A stretch of 64,000 nucleotides of DNA from Caecitellus pseudoparvulus (taxonomy: Eukaryota; Protista; Bigyra: Bicosoecida), in assembly GCA_965644315.1 (NCBI GenBank), contig CBFFRQ010000047.1:1-64000 (forward strand), in the 5' to 3' direction. Both the position numbers and the translations under genes were made by a program. This document shows positions 44,991 to 55,417 of this stretch, one piece after another. Under the pieces are notes generated by a model. That model had not been told where the DNA came from. It did no database searches and saw only the letters and a program-made list of their open reading frames with translations. The first letter of the stretch is position 1, and each line of letters starts with the position of its first letter.

Positions 44991-46796
44991 TCAAAGGGGC
45001 TTCGCCGCCAGCGCCTGCAGTGTGTTGAGCCCAGACTCTCTTCGTGCCGGAGGCACACCCCCTCGAGCTGGAGGCGCACCCCCTCGGGCTGGAGACGCAC
45101 CCCCTCGGGCTGGAGGCGCACCCCCTCGGGCTGGAGGCGCACCCCCTCGGGCTGGAGGCGCACCCCCTCGGGCTGGAGGCGCACCCCCTCGTGCTGGAGG
45201 CGCACCCCCTCGTGCTGGAGGCGCACCCCCTCGGGCCGGAGGCGCGCCCCCTCGGGCTGGAGGCGCACCCCCTCGGGCTGGAGGCGCGCCCCCTCGGGCT
45301 GGAGGCGCACCCCCTCCAGCAGTTCTTGAAGGGGGGGGTTGTGTGGGAGACTGCGTGCCCCCTGTGGAGCGCACTCCCGGCAAAGCAGGTGCCGCAGTGG
45401 CAGAGGGCGCTGTCGAGGGCACAGACTGAGGGGACGAACCTCTTTGAGCCGAGGCCCGGGCAGGCAGGGAGGCAGCCATCTGTCTGGCCGTCTGGTCCTC
45501 CAGGAACGTCGCGTAGGCAGCGCCAAGTCCCTGTGTGTGCAGGAACAGCAGCAGAGTGTCCTCCCGCTGGCGCAGGGCTGAAGCCTGATCAGCCACCGCT
45601 GTCTGGGCGGACTGCAAGGCAGCCACGTCGGCGGCTAGGTTGGCCTTGGCCGTCGTCACCTGAGCGTACAGGGCCTGCAGTTGCTCGTTCTCAGCAGTCA
45701 GCTGGGCCATCCAGCTGGACCGCTCCGAGAGCAGCGCGTCACGGTCGGCAGCTGCAGCCTCCGCGGCGGCATGTGCGGCCTGCAGCTGGGCCTGCAGGAT
45801 GGCCACCGCCTGGGGGACGGTGGCCTGGTCCTGCTCCCCTCCAGCCACGGCGGCAGGTCCGGGCTGCTGCATGGCTGCGAGCTGGGCCTGCACTGACGTC
45901 AGGGCTTGCATGATCTCGGGACTGGGAGGGGCTGGCACAGACGGCGCTGGAATGCCGGGCGCTGAGCGCGGTGAGCCGTCAACAGCGCCATGCAGTGGAG
46001 GAGAGGCGGGGGCAGGGGATGCGGCCACGCTGCTGGCCTCTGAGGGACTGGCGGAGCTGCCGCCGCGAGGGCCATGCGACGCCAACACGGGGGACACCTC
46101 AAATGCGCGTCTGGGCAGGCTCTCTTGGTCCACCGTGTGCGGATCCAGCTGCTTGGCGTGGGGGGGCGGCGTGGTGGAGGGCGCGGGTGGCTGTGCCCGC
46201 GACTGCAAACCAGGCCCGCGAGGCTGCCGCGTGCGGGCAGCAGGGGATGGCGTCCGTGCCTTAAAGCGGCGGCTGTAGGCGCCATGATCTCCTGCCAGCG
46301 TCGCAGGGCTCCCGTGGGAGCTGGACATCTGCACCAAGGGGACGTGCAGGCGGCTGTGAGTATGCGGAAATTGGATGGAAGTTGCAGGGTGACGCACCGT
46401 CCGCCTGCCCTCCTCCTTCTTCTTGCGGGCCAGTTCCTTGCTGCGCTGGTTGATGCGGGGCTGAAAAGTACACTCCGTCAAGTCCTCTGCTGCCTGTCCC
46501 ACTTTGGCCGCGTGCAGGCGCGTCTTGCGCGCGCGCGCTCGCTGCATCTCGCGATTGTACAAGTGCACCCCGGCGTTGCGGTGCGCAGAGCGCGCAGGGC
46601 TGCGGGACTTGCCGCCCCCCTGGCTGGCAGCAGGCGTGCCCAGTCCTGCCTCATGAATCATCTTCGCCAGCTCTTCGTACGATGCCTCATGCCCGACGTC
46701 ATCCCGCTGCAGAAACTGCTGGGTCAGCGCTTCAAGGGGATCGGGAACGGCCGGCGCCGCCCCGCCCCTGCCGGCGCCCCGCCGCATGGCAGACAT
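44991..46796 (-). CDS. Coiled-coil protein with CTFQPRIN motif and C-terminal (GGAPPAR)n / RGG repeats
   Basis: Continuous ORF; probable in-frame 69-nt intron ~46397-46329 (GTGCGT..CAG); heptad-rich Ala/Gln segment; repeat tail. Confidence 0.65.
   Translation of the reverse strand: MSAMRRGAGRGGAAPAVPDPLEALTQQFLQRDDVGHEASYEELAKMIHEAGLGTPAASQGGGKSRSPARSAHRNAGVHLYNREMQRARARKTRLHAAKVGQAAEDLTECTFQPRINQRSKELARKKKEEGRRTVRHPATSIQFPHTHSRLHVPLVQMSSSHGSPATLAGDHGAYSRRFKARTPSPAARTRQPRGPGLQSRAQPPAPSTTPPPHAKQLDPHTVDQESLPRRAFEVSPVLASHGPRGGSSASPSEASSVAASPAPASPPLHGAVDGSPRSAPGIPAPSVPAPPSPEIMQALTSVQAQLAAMQQPGPAAVAGGEQDQATVPQAVAILQAQLQAAHAAAEAAAADRDALLSERSSWMAQLTAENEQLQALYAQVTTAKANLAADVAALQSAQTAVADQASALRQREDTLLLFLHTQGLGAAYATFLEDQTARQMAASLPARASAQRGSSPQSVPSTAPSATAAPALPGVRSTGGTQSPTQPPPSRTAGGGAPPARGGAPPARGGAPPARGGAPPARGGAPPARGGAPPARGGAPPARGGAPPARGGAPPARGGAPPARGGASPARGGAPPARGGVPPARRESGLNTLQALAAKPL
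45049..45316. repeat. 21-bp coding tandem repeat (GGAGGCGCACCCCCTCGGGCT), ~12.8 copies
   Basis: Directly visible head-to-tail units with 0-2 substitutions and no spacers. Confidence 0.97.
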
Positions 46797-47212
46797 GTGA
46801 GAGTGCACTGGTGGGGTGGGAGTGCTGTGGCTGGTGTGCGCAGAGAGGGCAAGGAGTCGTGCGTCGCGCGCGGATGTGGGAGCCGACCGGCGCCGCCACT
46901 CAGCAGCCGGAGGGGCCCTCCACGCCACTTGAACCCCCCCACACAAGCCCCACCCACACGAAGGTGGGGCTAGCAGCAGCGCCGGCAGCTCTCCTCAGCT
47001 AGGCTCACATTCCACCACACACACATTGCCTTCCCCGCGTCCCAGAGGCCTAGCACCCTGTTGTGAACCAGTACGTACTGCAATGCAGCCTGGCGTGTGC
47101 GGCGGAGACGCCGAGACTTGCCAGCAGCACGCGCCCTCTGCTCCTGACTGCCCTCCCGCACGACGCACCCCTTCCCTCCCCTCACCAGGCTCCCATCCTA
47201 CCACTCATCACC

Positions 47213-48075
47213 ATGGCTGATCTTACCGTCGAGGCTGTCGTCTCTGGTGCGTGCATCTGCGCTGGCGCCCCGGGCAGCTGCAGTGCACTGCACCTTGCCG
47301 CGGCTCAAGTGCAGGTGCCTCCCAGACCGTGCCTGTGCGCGCTGGTGAGCTGAAGAAGGGCCACTACGTCATGCTGAAGGACCACCCTTGCAAGGTGCGT
47401 GTCCAAGAGCGCCTGGGGCAGCTGCCTGTGGCCCAGTCCTGACAGCCCAGGAACACAAACCGCCGCCGCCCGCCCTCCGCGACGTGTGCTGCGTGGGCCC
47501 CCTTCACCCGCTCTTGCCTCGCTCCACTGCAGGTCATTGAGCTGACCACCTCCAAGACCGGCAAGGTGAGCGCTGCGCCCGCGCGCGCGACACGTGCCTC
47601 GGCCTCTGCATCGGCAGCGTTTTTCACTGCCTGCCTCCACTCCCTCTTCAGCACGGTCACGCCAAGGCCAACATCACCGGCGTGGACATTTTCACCGGGA
47701 ACAAGTACATGGATGTGTCCCCCACCTCCCACACCATGAGCGCCCCTGTCGGTGAGTGCCTCGACGACCAGGTGCTTGCTGGTGGGCGCCTCAGCCATGC
47801 ACTCTGCGCCCCCTCCTCCGCCTTGACCAGTCACCCCCACTGAGTGGACCCTGCTGGATGTCAACACCGAGGACGTGAACGCCGATGGCCACTACGCCAC
47901 CATGCTGCAGAACGCAGAGGGCGAGTCCCGCGAGGACCTCTTCCTGCCCACTGGCGAGGAGTACGAGAAGATGATGGAGGACTTCGAGTCTGGTGAGCTG
48001 GAGATCACCGTGACTGTCCTGTCCGCATGCGGCACCGACAAGATCATGCCCCAGTACAAGTCCAACAAGGCCTAA
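47213..48075 (+). CDS. eIF5A: Eukaryotic translation factor 5A
   Basis: Exons 47213-47246, 47315-47394, 47533-47565, 47652-47751, 47831-48075; hypusine motif SKTGK|HGHAK, GVDIFTGNK. Confidence 0.96.
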
Positions 48076-48336
48076 AGTGCTGTGAAGGCCCCCCCCCGGC
48101 CGACAGTCTGGACCCCTCGAGCTACCTGGCACGTGCCAGTGGCGCGGGATGAATGCAATGCGGCAGCGGGGCAAAACACTCAAGTCACTGACACCATCAC
48201 ATTCGCTTCGCCCCCCTGCATGCTGGCTGCGCGGCTCCCCAACCTTGGCGCCTGCGTCCTGCGCGGCTGCTCCTTCTCAAACGACCTGCGCACGAGTGCA
48301 CTTGCGGGAAGCCAGCCGTGCACCCCCTGCCTGCTC

Positions 48337-50952
48337 ATGGCAGGCATGGAGGCTTCCACGCCCCGCATCCAGAAGCTTGATCAAACAGTTGTGAATCGCA
48401 TTGCAGGTGCGTGCGCCTGCACGCTGCTGGGCCCCCAGGCTTCCGCTCAGCGCCCTTGCGAAGGGGGAGCAAGTTCCGCAGCACTCCCTTGCGCGTTTTA
48501 ATGTCCCCCCTCCCGCAGCGGGAGAAGTCGTCCACCGCCCCGCCTCAGCGCTGAAGGAGATGATTGAAAACTGTCTTGACGCGGGGGCGACGTCCATCGC
48601 TGTGACTGTGGAAGGCGGCGGCATGAAGTACCTGCGCGTCGCAGACAACGGGCACGGCATCAAGGTGCGCCACACGCAGCTCTTGCCGTGCGAAGCCCCT
48701 GGCCATCCACACACCCCCCCCCCACGCGCGCGCGCGCTCCTCCCTTTCTTGGCCAGAAGGAGGACATGCACATCGTCTGCCAGCGCTTCACGACAAGCAA
48801 GCTGCAGGCCTTCGAAGACTTGGAGTCCATTGCCACCTACGGCTTCCGTGGGGAGGCGCTGGCCAGCATCAGCCACATCGCCCATGTGACCATCACGTCA
48901 CGGACACCCAAAGCACCCTGTGCATTCATGGGGCGGTATGCAGACGGCGCCATGGTGACGGCAGCAGGCGCCCCAGCAAGTAAACCCACGCCTTGCGCCG
49001 GCAACACCGGCACGACAGTCACGGTGGAGGACATGTTCTACAACGTCCCTACCCGGCTACGAGCCCTGCGCTCAGCGTCAGACGAGTACAGGCGCATCCT
49101 AGACGTCGTGCAGCGGTATGCTGTGCACGCAGCTGCGCGGGGCGCCGCCTTCTCATGCAAGAAGCGGGGTGGGGCCGCCGCCGACGTGCTCACACTGCCC
49201 GACAGCACCACCAAGCAGGCAATCGGGGCCCTGTACGGCGCGCCCATCGCAGGCGCCCTCATGAACGTCGCCATCACCTCAGACGCCGGCCAGGGCAGCC
49301 AGGACGAGGCGCCCGTCTTCACCGCCAAGGGCCTGGCCACGCAGGGCACCTTCAGCACCAAGACCTTCACCCTTATCCTCTTCATCAACCACCGCCTCGT
49401 CAGCTGCCCCAGCATCAAGCGGGCCATCGAGGCTGCCTACGTGGAGTACTTGCCCAAGCGCCGGTACCCGTTCGTGTACTTGTCCCTGGAGCTGCCCCCG
49501 GCCACCGTGGACGTGAACGTGCACCCCACCAAGCGGGAGGTGCACTTCCTGCACGAAGACGCCATCGTAGCAGCGTTGTTTGATCATTTTAGGGGCCTCC
49601 TAGCTGGTGGCAACGCCTCTCGCTCCTTCGCAACCCAGTCAGCCCTGCCGTTCACGGGCACTGCGCTGCCTGGGTCCACCCCCGCCGACACCAGCGCGGA
49701 CACCAGCTCCCTCTCCACCGCGACACCAGTGGCGCCCAGCCACAAGGTGCGCGTGGACTCCCGGGAGCAGCGCCTGGACGACTTCTTCACACAGACTGCC
49801 CCCGACACGCAGCGGGGTGCCGACCAGCCTGCCACGGGCGCTGCCGGCTCCCACCACACCGCTCATGCCAGCGGGTGTGGCTGCGCCAGCGAGGGCGGGG
49901 GCAAGTACGACTTCGTGGCCACGTATGTCGAGGCATCCGTGAACAACACTGACCCTGCCCTGGCTGCCGCCAAGGCTGCCTCTCCTGGCAGGGTGGGGGG
50001 GAGCAAGCGGCCGCCGCCGGCCGGACACGACTCCGTGGTGGCGACGCGCTCAGCCAAGCGCTGCCGCCCCGCGTACATGAAGGCGGTGGAGCTCGCCTCC
50101 GTGCAGGCGCTGCTGAAGGACATCGCCCGCGACACGCACCGGGAGCTGCACGCGGCACTGCGCCACCACGCCTTTGTGGGCGTGGTGGACGCACACCACT
50201 CCCTGCTGCAGGCCGGCACCAAGCTGCTGCTGGTGGCCCACACCACCCTCGCACAGGAGATGTTCTACCAGCAGGCAATCCGCCTCTTCTCCAACAACAT
50301 CTCCTTCGCCCTGCAGCCGGCCCCCAGCGTGAGGCGCCTCCTACGCCGTGCCCTGGCAGACCCCACCCTGGTGCAGGCGCCCGCCGCACCGCCCGCCAGC
50401 CTGGCGCAGCAGGGCGAAGCCTTGCTCCTGCAGCACGCCCCCATGCTGGCAGAGTACTTCGGCTTGCACATCGGCAAGCCACCTGGGGACGAGGCGGCGG
50501 ACGTGGTGGTGCTTGCATTGCCCCGCCTGGCTGACGGCCACACCCCTGAGCCTCGCAGCCTGCCGGGCCTCCTGGCAGACCTGGTGTGGAAGGTGGACTG
50601 GAGCGAGGAGCTGCCCTGCTTGAAAGGCGTGGCCACGGCGCTGGGCAAGGCCTACGCTCAGCTGCCGCCACTTCGCGGGGTGGGGTCACCTGCGGCAGTT
50701 GTGCGTGACCCGGGGCAGCCCCAACCCCCCCACAAGGACAGCCAGCAGAGGGACATCCGCGCAGTGGCTGAGGGCGATGCACAAGGCGAAGCAGCCCGGG
50801 CGGACCCTACAGGGGGCTGCTGGGTCATTGGCAACGTCCTCTTCCCAGCCATGCGCTCCGGCTGCTGCCCCAGCAAAGCAGCAGCGGCAGCCGGCAGTGC
50901 CCTGCAGGTGGCGTGCACCGAGCAGCTGTACCGCATCTTCGAACGGTGTTAA
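48337..50952 (+). CDS. MLH1: DNA mismatch repair protein MLH1
   Basis: VVNRIA|[47 protein letters not shown], diagnostic C-terminal LYRIFERC; introns 48407-48518 and 48665-48756. Confidence 0.97.
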
Positions 50953-51476
50953 AACTCCCACCCCAAGGCCTTGCTGGCAGCACCCTCTACCGCTGCCCGG
51001 AACGCGGCGCTGTCAATGTACCCTTCCATGCTCTGCAGCGGATTCATGCACGCCTTCGTGACCAGCTCGCGCAGCGTGGCGGCAAGGGCAGGCACCTTGC
51101 TTTCCAAGCCAGAAGTGTGCAGCACTAGGATGTCCATGCTGGGCGTAATGGAGGCAGAGATGAAGCGCTCGTTGAAACGCTCCATGGCTTTCAAGTCCCT
51201 GCGTCGTGGAGCACTTGCCGTGCCTGACCGCAGCAAAGCCGGTTCGCATCCCCCCACTCACATAGCAGCGTTCGTCCATCGCACAGCATCCACTGTGTCC
51301 AGAGATGAGTGAAGGAGCAGTTCTGCTGTCCGCCCAGCACCCTCCTGAGGGTCGCAGACAGGTTGTGACAATGAGCCATGGAAACGAAACGGAGCTGAAA
51401 CGCGGCCACTCACCTCATCACTTGCTGTTTTCAGAAGGAACACAGGGGACCCCTTCCGAACAATGGCGAGAGCCAT
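50949..51476 (-). CDS. TRAPPC2: TRAPP complex subunit 2 (Sedlin/Trs20) family protein
   Basis: Spliced LAIVRKGSPVF...LLLHSSLDTVDAVRWTNAAMDLKAMERFNERFISASIT..ILVLH...ACMNPL; two GTGAGT introns. Confidence 0.8.
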
Positions 51477-51926
51477 GTCTGCCTTGCGTGTGGTGAACTG
51501 CTGCAAGGCAGGGCAACCAACTGACCCTGTGCAGACGCCAGGAATTGTGCTGCTGGTGCGGGATTGGTGATCGTCCGCCGGGCTCACCGTGAAGCACCGC
51601 GTGGCAAGCCTTACAGTGCCTAGACTGGGAAGTGCAAGCAATGTTTGCTGCTCAGGACGAGGTCTTGCAGGTTTGGCGCTTCACCCAGAGTGCGTCTGCA
51701 ACCCGGCACACCCTGCCATGTGCGGCCAAAACAAAAGACCGCTTGCAGATTCCCGGCTTACACGAACTTGGCCTCCTCTTCACTTGTCACGCCCTGCTTG
51801 GACTCAAGGTGAGGCCTGCTTCGTCAGCCCCACCCCGCGTGCAGCTTGAGCCACTTCCTGACGCACGCACTTCAGCTCCTTTCCACTCCCCTTGAACCTA
51901 CTTCAGCCCCCACACACCCAGCCCCT

Positions 51927-52603
51927 ATGGCGGCCAGTGTCATTGTATTTGCTCGGAGAGCTGTGGCGGCCGCAAGGCCCCAAGGCTTGCAGCGAGCCGT
52001 ACGAATGTGCAGCTCGGTGCCAGCCCCTGACGTCATTGCTGCCAAGGACTCTCAACTGCGAGAGCAGCACTACTCGCTGCCGAAGAGTGTTCCAGAACAT
52101 GCTTTCGACGGAGATGTGGAGATCACAGTGGATGACCTGTTCCGCAAGCGCCTCATTTACCGCGCAAAGCAGCGGGGATGGTGAGGCGGCGTTTCGCGTT
52201 TCGGCATCCGTCCTTCCCCCCGCAACTCCCCATTCTAAACGAACGCCCACTTGCAGGCTGGAGGTGGACCTTATCTTGGGCTCCTGGGCCAATGAAGAGG
52301 TGCCCCGCCTCAGCGAGGCTGAGCTCATGCAGTTCCACGACATCTTGAAGCTGGAGACGGTGGACGTGTACAACTTCCTCACAGGCCGAGACGCGGTGCC
52401 AGAGGTGAGCCCCTTGCGAGGCCCAGCTGCCTGGAACTCTCGCATGTCAGTTCATTATCAGGCTCACGGCGACCTCCCGCTTCCCCTCGCAGGCGCTGAA
52501 CACCCCCGTCATGCAGAGCATCATGCGGTATGCGAAGTCTGCTCCTGTGGGTCATGCCTCCCCAGAAGGATACATGAAGGTGAAGGCCGGGATGAGCAAT
52601 TGA
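51927..52603 (+). CDS. SDHAF2: Succinate dehydrogenase assembly factor 2 (Sdh5)
   Basis: Transit peptide; RKRLIYRAKQRGW|LEVDLILGSWA; two introns; stop 52601-52603. Confidence 0.92.
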
Positions 52604-52841
52604 ATACCTTCATGCCCTGTGTCTTCCACTCTCCTGCGCGCCAACGCATGACCAGCTGTGCCGGCCGTGACGCTCGGCCAACATCGCGTCTGGAAAACGA
52701 CAGCCACGTGCCCTACAGTTTAGGCAGGCAGAAGAAATGCAGCGCGTGCAAGTGCACAGGCTGCAGCACTTCGTCTGAGGTGCCTCCCCCCATGCACCCT
52801 CCCATGCAACGTGCGAGGAGCAGGTTGTGCTGGAATCGGTG

Positions 52842-53084
52842 TCACTGCTCTGCTTCCTCCTCATCTTCAAACATGGCTTCAAGCTCATCAGGATCGTACA
52901 CCACCTTGATTTGCAGGCTACAAGAGGGGCAGCGAGCGATTTCCTCCCCGTCCATCAACTCATCCACCGTGATCACGAAGCGATCGCCACAAGGACAGGG
53001 GTAGGTGAACACCTGCCGGTCTTCGTCGAACGTCATGTCCTCGATTTCCACGTCGTCGTAGATGTTGGCCCCAGCCCCCGACAT
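52842..53084 (-). CDS. DPH3: Diphthamide biosynthesis protein 3 (CSL zinc finger, Kti11)
   Basis: [37 protein letters not shown], 80 aa. Confidence 0.96.
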   Translation of the reverse strand: MSGAGANIYDDVEIEDMTFDEDRQVFTYPCPCGDRFVITVDELMDGEEIARCPSCSLQIKVVYDPDELEAMFEDEEEAEQ

Positions 53085-53511
53085 GGTGCATTAACTCCAA
53101 AACGAATCGATGCGAGGCGTGCCCTGTCCTCTTAAGGGGCACACTGTGTGTCGCTGCGTGTGCTGGCTGCGCTGAAACGCCGTGGAAACCCCGCCGCTTT
53201 CCTTGGGCACTACGATCAGCCACGCGCCTGGGCAGGGCAAAAAGCCCTCTTTCGCAGCCCACAAGGATCTTCGTGTTCTCATCCACCTGGTACTTACAAG
53301 ATTTGCTTGGTTTAGGGGCTGAGTGGTTTTGCCTCGCCGGCAGCATTGCCATGGATGCACGGGTGATTCGCAACAGGCGGCACGCTACACAACCCCCGCG
53401 CCGTGCTGAGGCTGTGCGGAATCATGCTGCGCCACTTCACAGCACCCCCACACATGTACCCACACGTACTCAGCCGGAACAGCTTGCGCTGCGCAGTAGA
53501 CGCGAGACAGC

Positions 53512-54507
53512 ATGGCTGCTCGCCAAGCAGCAGCGTCCACTGCTGAGTGCTCCCTTTCTTGGGCCCCTTGCTCTGCCGAAGCCAGCTGTGCACACTGCAC
53601 TTGGGGCAGAGTGTTGCAGGGGTGGCAGCCAGGCCTCAGTGACGGCGGTTGCCTCGGCTGCTCAGCAGAGCGCTTGGGCCGGGCAGCAACTTCTCTGGCA
53701 GCCCTGTACAGGCTGCATGGCGATTCGTGGGTGGACAGGCCCGGGGCCCTGCACCTGGCCATCATCGGCATAGATGAGCAAGAAGGTTCTTGCCCAGAGG
53801 ACTTCTTGGCCCTGCACATTGGGCCGATGGTCCAGCACTTGTGCTCCGTCGGCGCACGGCTGGAAGCGCTGCATGTTCACGCTGTGGGGCCGTGCCTGCC
53901 CTGGGCCAGCAGCAGCTGCGAGACATTCCAGGCATCTGTCAGCACGAGAGCAGGCGCATCCACGAGTGTTACATGGTCTGAGCGTGGCTCTTCGCCACCT
54001 CGAACATTCCTCTCCCCGAGCGCCCCGGCATTGGACCCTGCGGTATTTGGTTCCCAACTCAAGTTCCGCTCTGCTCCGGCAGGCGAGGAACCCGAGACTG
54101 CGCAGCTTGAGGTGCACCTGCGCTCCTCAAGGAGTGGTTGGGAAGGCTATGCTGATCAGTGGGCTTCCCGAGAGCCTGGTTGCGAAGACCCTCGCACCAG
54201 CACGTCCCTGCTCCTTGCTCCAAACGCCGGGTTGTGGGGCTATGACTCTTGGGACGCGGCCTTGCAACGAATGCTTTCAGAGGCAAGCCAGTCATTCCAT
54301 GCTGTGTTCACAGCCTACAGCTTCACAGAGTGCGAGGAGGACGAAGAAAAACTGCTGCGGGAAGCGGGGCGGCTGAAAACCTCCCTGCGCCAAGCCTGGG
54401 AGCCAGAGCCAAACCCTTTTGGTGCAACGCATGTCGCCGACGACAAGTACGGCGTCGTCAATAACCACCACTGGCAGTGCATTACTGTGGGAAATGCAAC
54501 AGTGTGA
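53512..54507 (+). CDS. Hypothetical protein with MSS51 C-terminal-like domain
   Basis: LHLAIIG..E, HVHAVGP, LLAPNAGLWGYDSW, VFTAYSFTE, EPNPF match the motif order of MSS51/MYND-associated C-terminal domains. Confidence 0.6.
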   Translation: MAARQAAASTAECSLSWAPCSAEASCAHCTWGRVLQGWQPGLSDGGCLGCSAERLGRAATSLAALYRLHGDSWVDRPGALHLAIIGIDEQEGSCPEDFLALHIGPMVQHLCSVGARLEALHVHAVGPCLPWASSSCETFQASVSTRAGASTSVTWSERGSSPPRTFLSPSAPALDPAVFGSQLKFRSAPAGEEPETAQLEVHLRSSRSGWEGYADQWASREPGCEDPRTSTSLLLAPNAGLWGYDSWDAALQRMLSEASQSFHAVFTAYSFTECEEDEEKLLREAGRLKTSLRQAWEPEPNPFGATHVADDKYGVVNNHHWQCITVGNATV

Positions 54508-54514
54508 TGGTGGC

Positions 54515-54814
54515 TCAGCGCTTGCGGCTTCCCACGGCAGGCGCCACAGACAAAGCAGCAGGCGTGAACCAGCCATACTCAGCTGACGCTGTGACAGGAA
54601 GGGGCGGCTTCGCCCGCTCTCTAGCCAACGTCTGCTCCATGAGCTCGATAGACTCTGCCGCTGGGTGGGTTTCGTGCCCTATCCGGTCTGGCAATGGCTT
54701 CAACCTTGATAAGTTGGGCTTGTATGCCAGCTGCTCACCCTGTCCCCTGCGCAGAGTGTGCACTTCCTTTGCGATCTGCTGCCTCCAAACGAGGTTCTTG
54801 CCGATTTCGTCCAT
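54515..54814 (-). CDS. Small ciliary protein, FAM183/CFAP144-like
   Basis: KNLVWRQQIAKE..YKPN..LPDR and PVTASAEYGW resemble FAM183 motifs; frame is open up to ATG 55033, so the start is uncertain. Confidence 0.55.
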   Translation of the reverse strand: MDEIGKNLVWRQQIAKEVHTLRRGQGEQLAYKPNLSRLKPLPDRIGHETHPAAESIELMEQTLARERAKPPLPVTASAEYGWFTPAALSVAPAVGSRKR

Positions 54815-55417
54815 GTCTTTGCTTGCACTCAGCGCGCATGTGCTACTCGAAGCGTGCAGGCACTCCGGGTCGCCGCAGGTCACACCTGGCAACGCAGGAA
54901 GCACCACACGCTTGTGGGGTGCAGGACACTTCCTCTTCGGCCTTTGACTGCAAGCCGAGAGTCGATCAGTCTCTGCGTTGTGGATGGTTTGTTCACTGGC
55001 TGCCTTTGCACTTCTGGGGTGCCGATTCCTCATCGCGCGCTTCCCCTCCCCGCCAACTGCTCGCCCTGAAGAAACACAGCCCCCAAAGTTAGACCCGGCT
55101 CATCTGAACCAATCCTGGCATCCAGACCATTTCCCTCGCTTCCTCGACACTTCCTGCTGACCGGCCAATCTCTCACTCCAAGCGACTTGCTCTTTGCTGC
55201 CGTGGGAACCGCGCAAGGACAGCGGCACAAAGTGCTTCAGGCATTTTTCGCGCCCGCTGCTTGCTGAAAAGGCCAGCGATGCCATTCGATTCAGCACTCG
55301 CGAGCGCTAGTTCCAGCATGCCCTTGAACCACAACGGCAATGATGCGCAATTCGGTGTGCATTGACACCGCCCAGCTGCGAGTCGTGCCATTGACCCAGG
55401 CTACCCCGATAGCCCCT

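Noticed and set aside
45049-45316. Possible CRISPR array
   Set aside because: Units are contiguous with no unique spacers, lie inside a CDS, and there are no cas genes; the DNA is eukaryotic.
50949-50952. TTAA as a piggyBac target-site footprint
   Set aside because: No terminal inverted repeats, duplication or transposase nearby; explained by two overlapping stop codons.
43545-53084. Functional cluster of translation-modification genes (OSGEP, eIF5A, DPH3; also PUS10, NVL)
   Set aside because: Interspersed with unrelated genes on mixed strands; such housekeeping genes are common in a compact genome. It would need conserved synteny to be credible.
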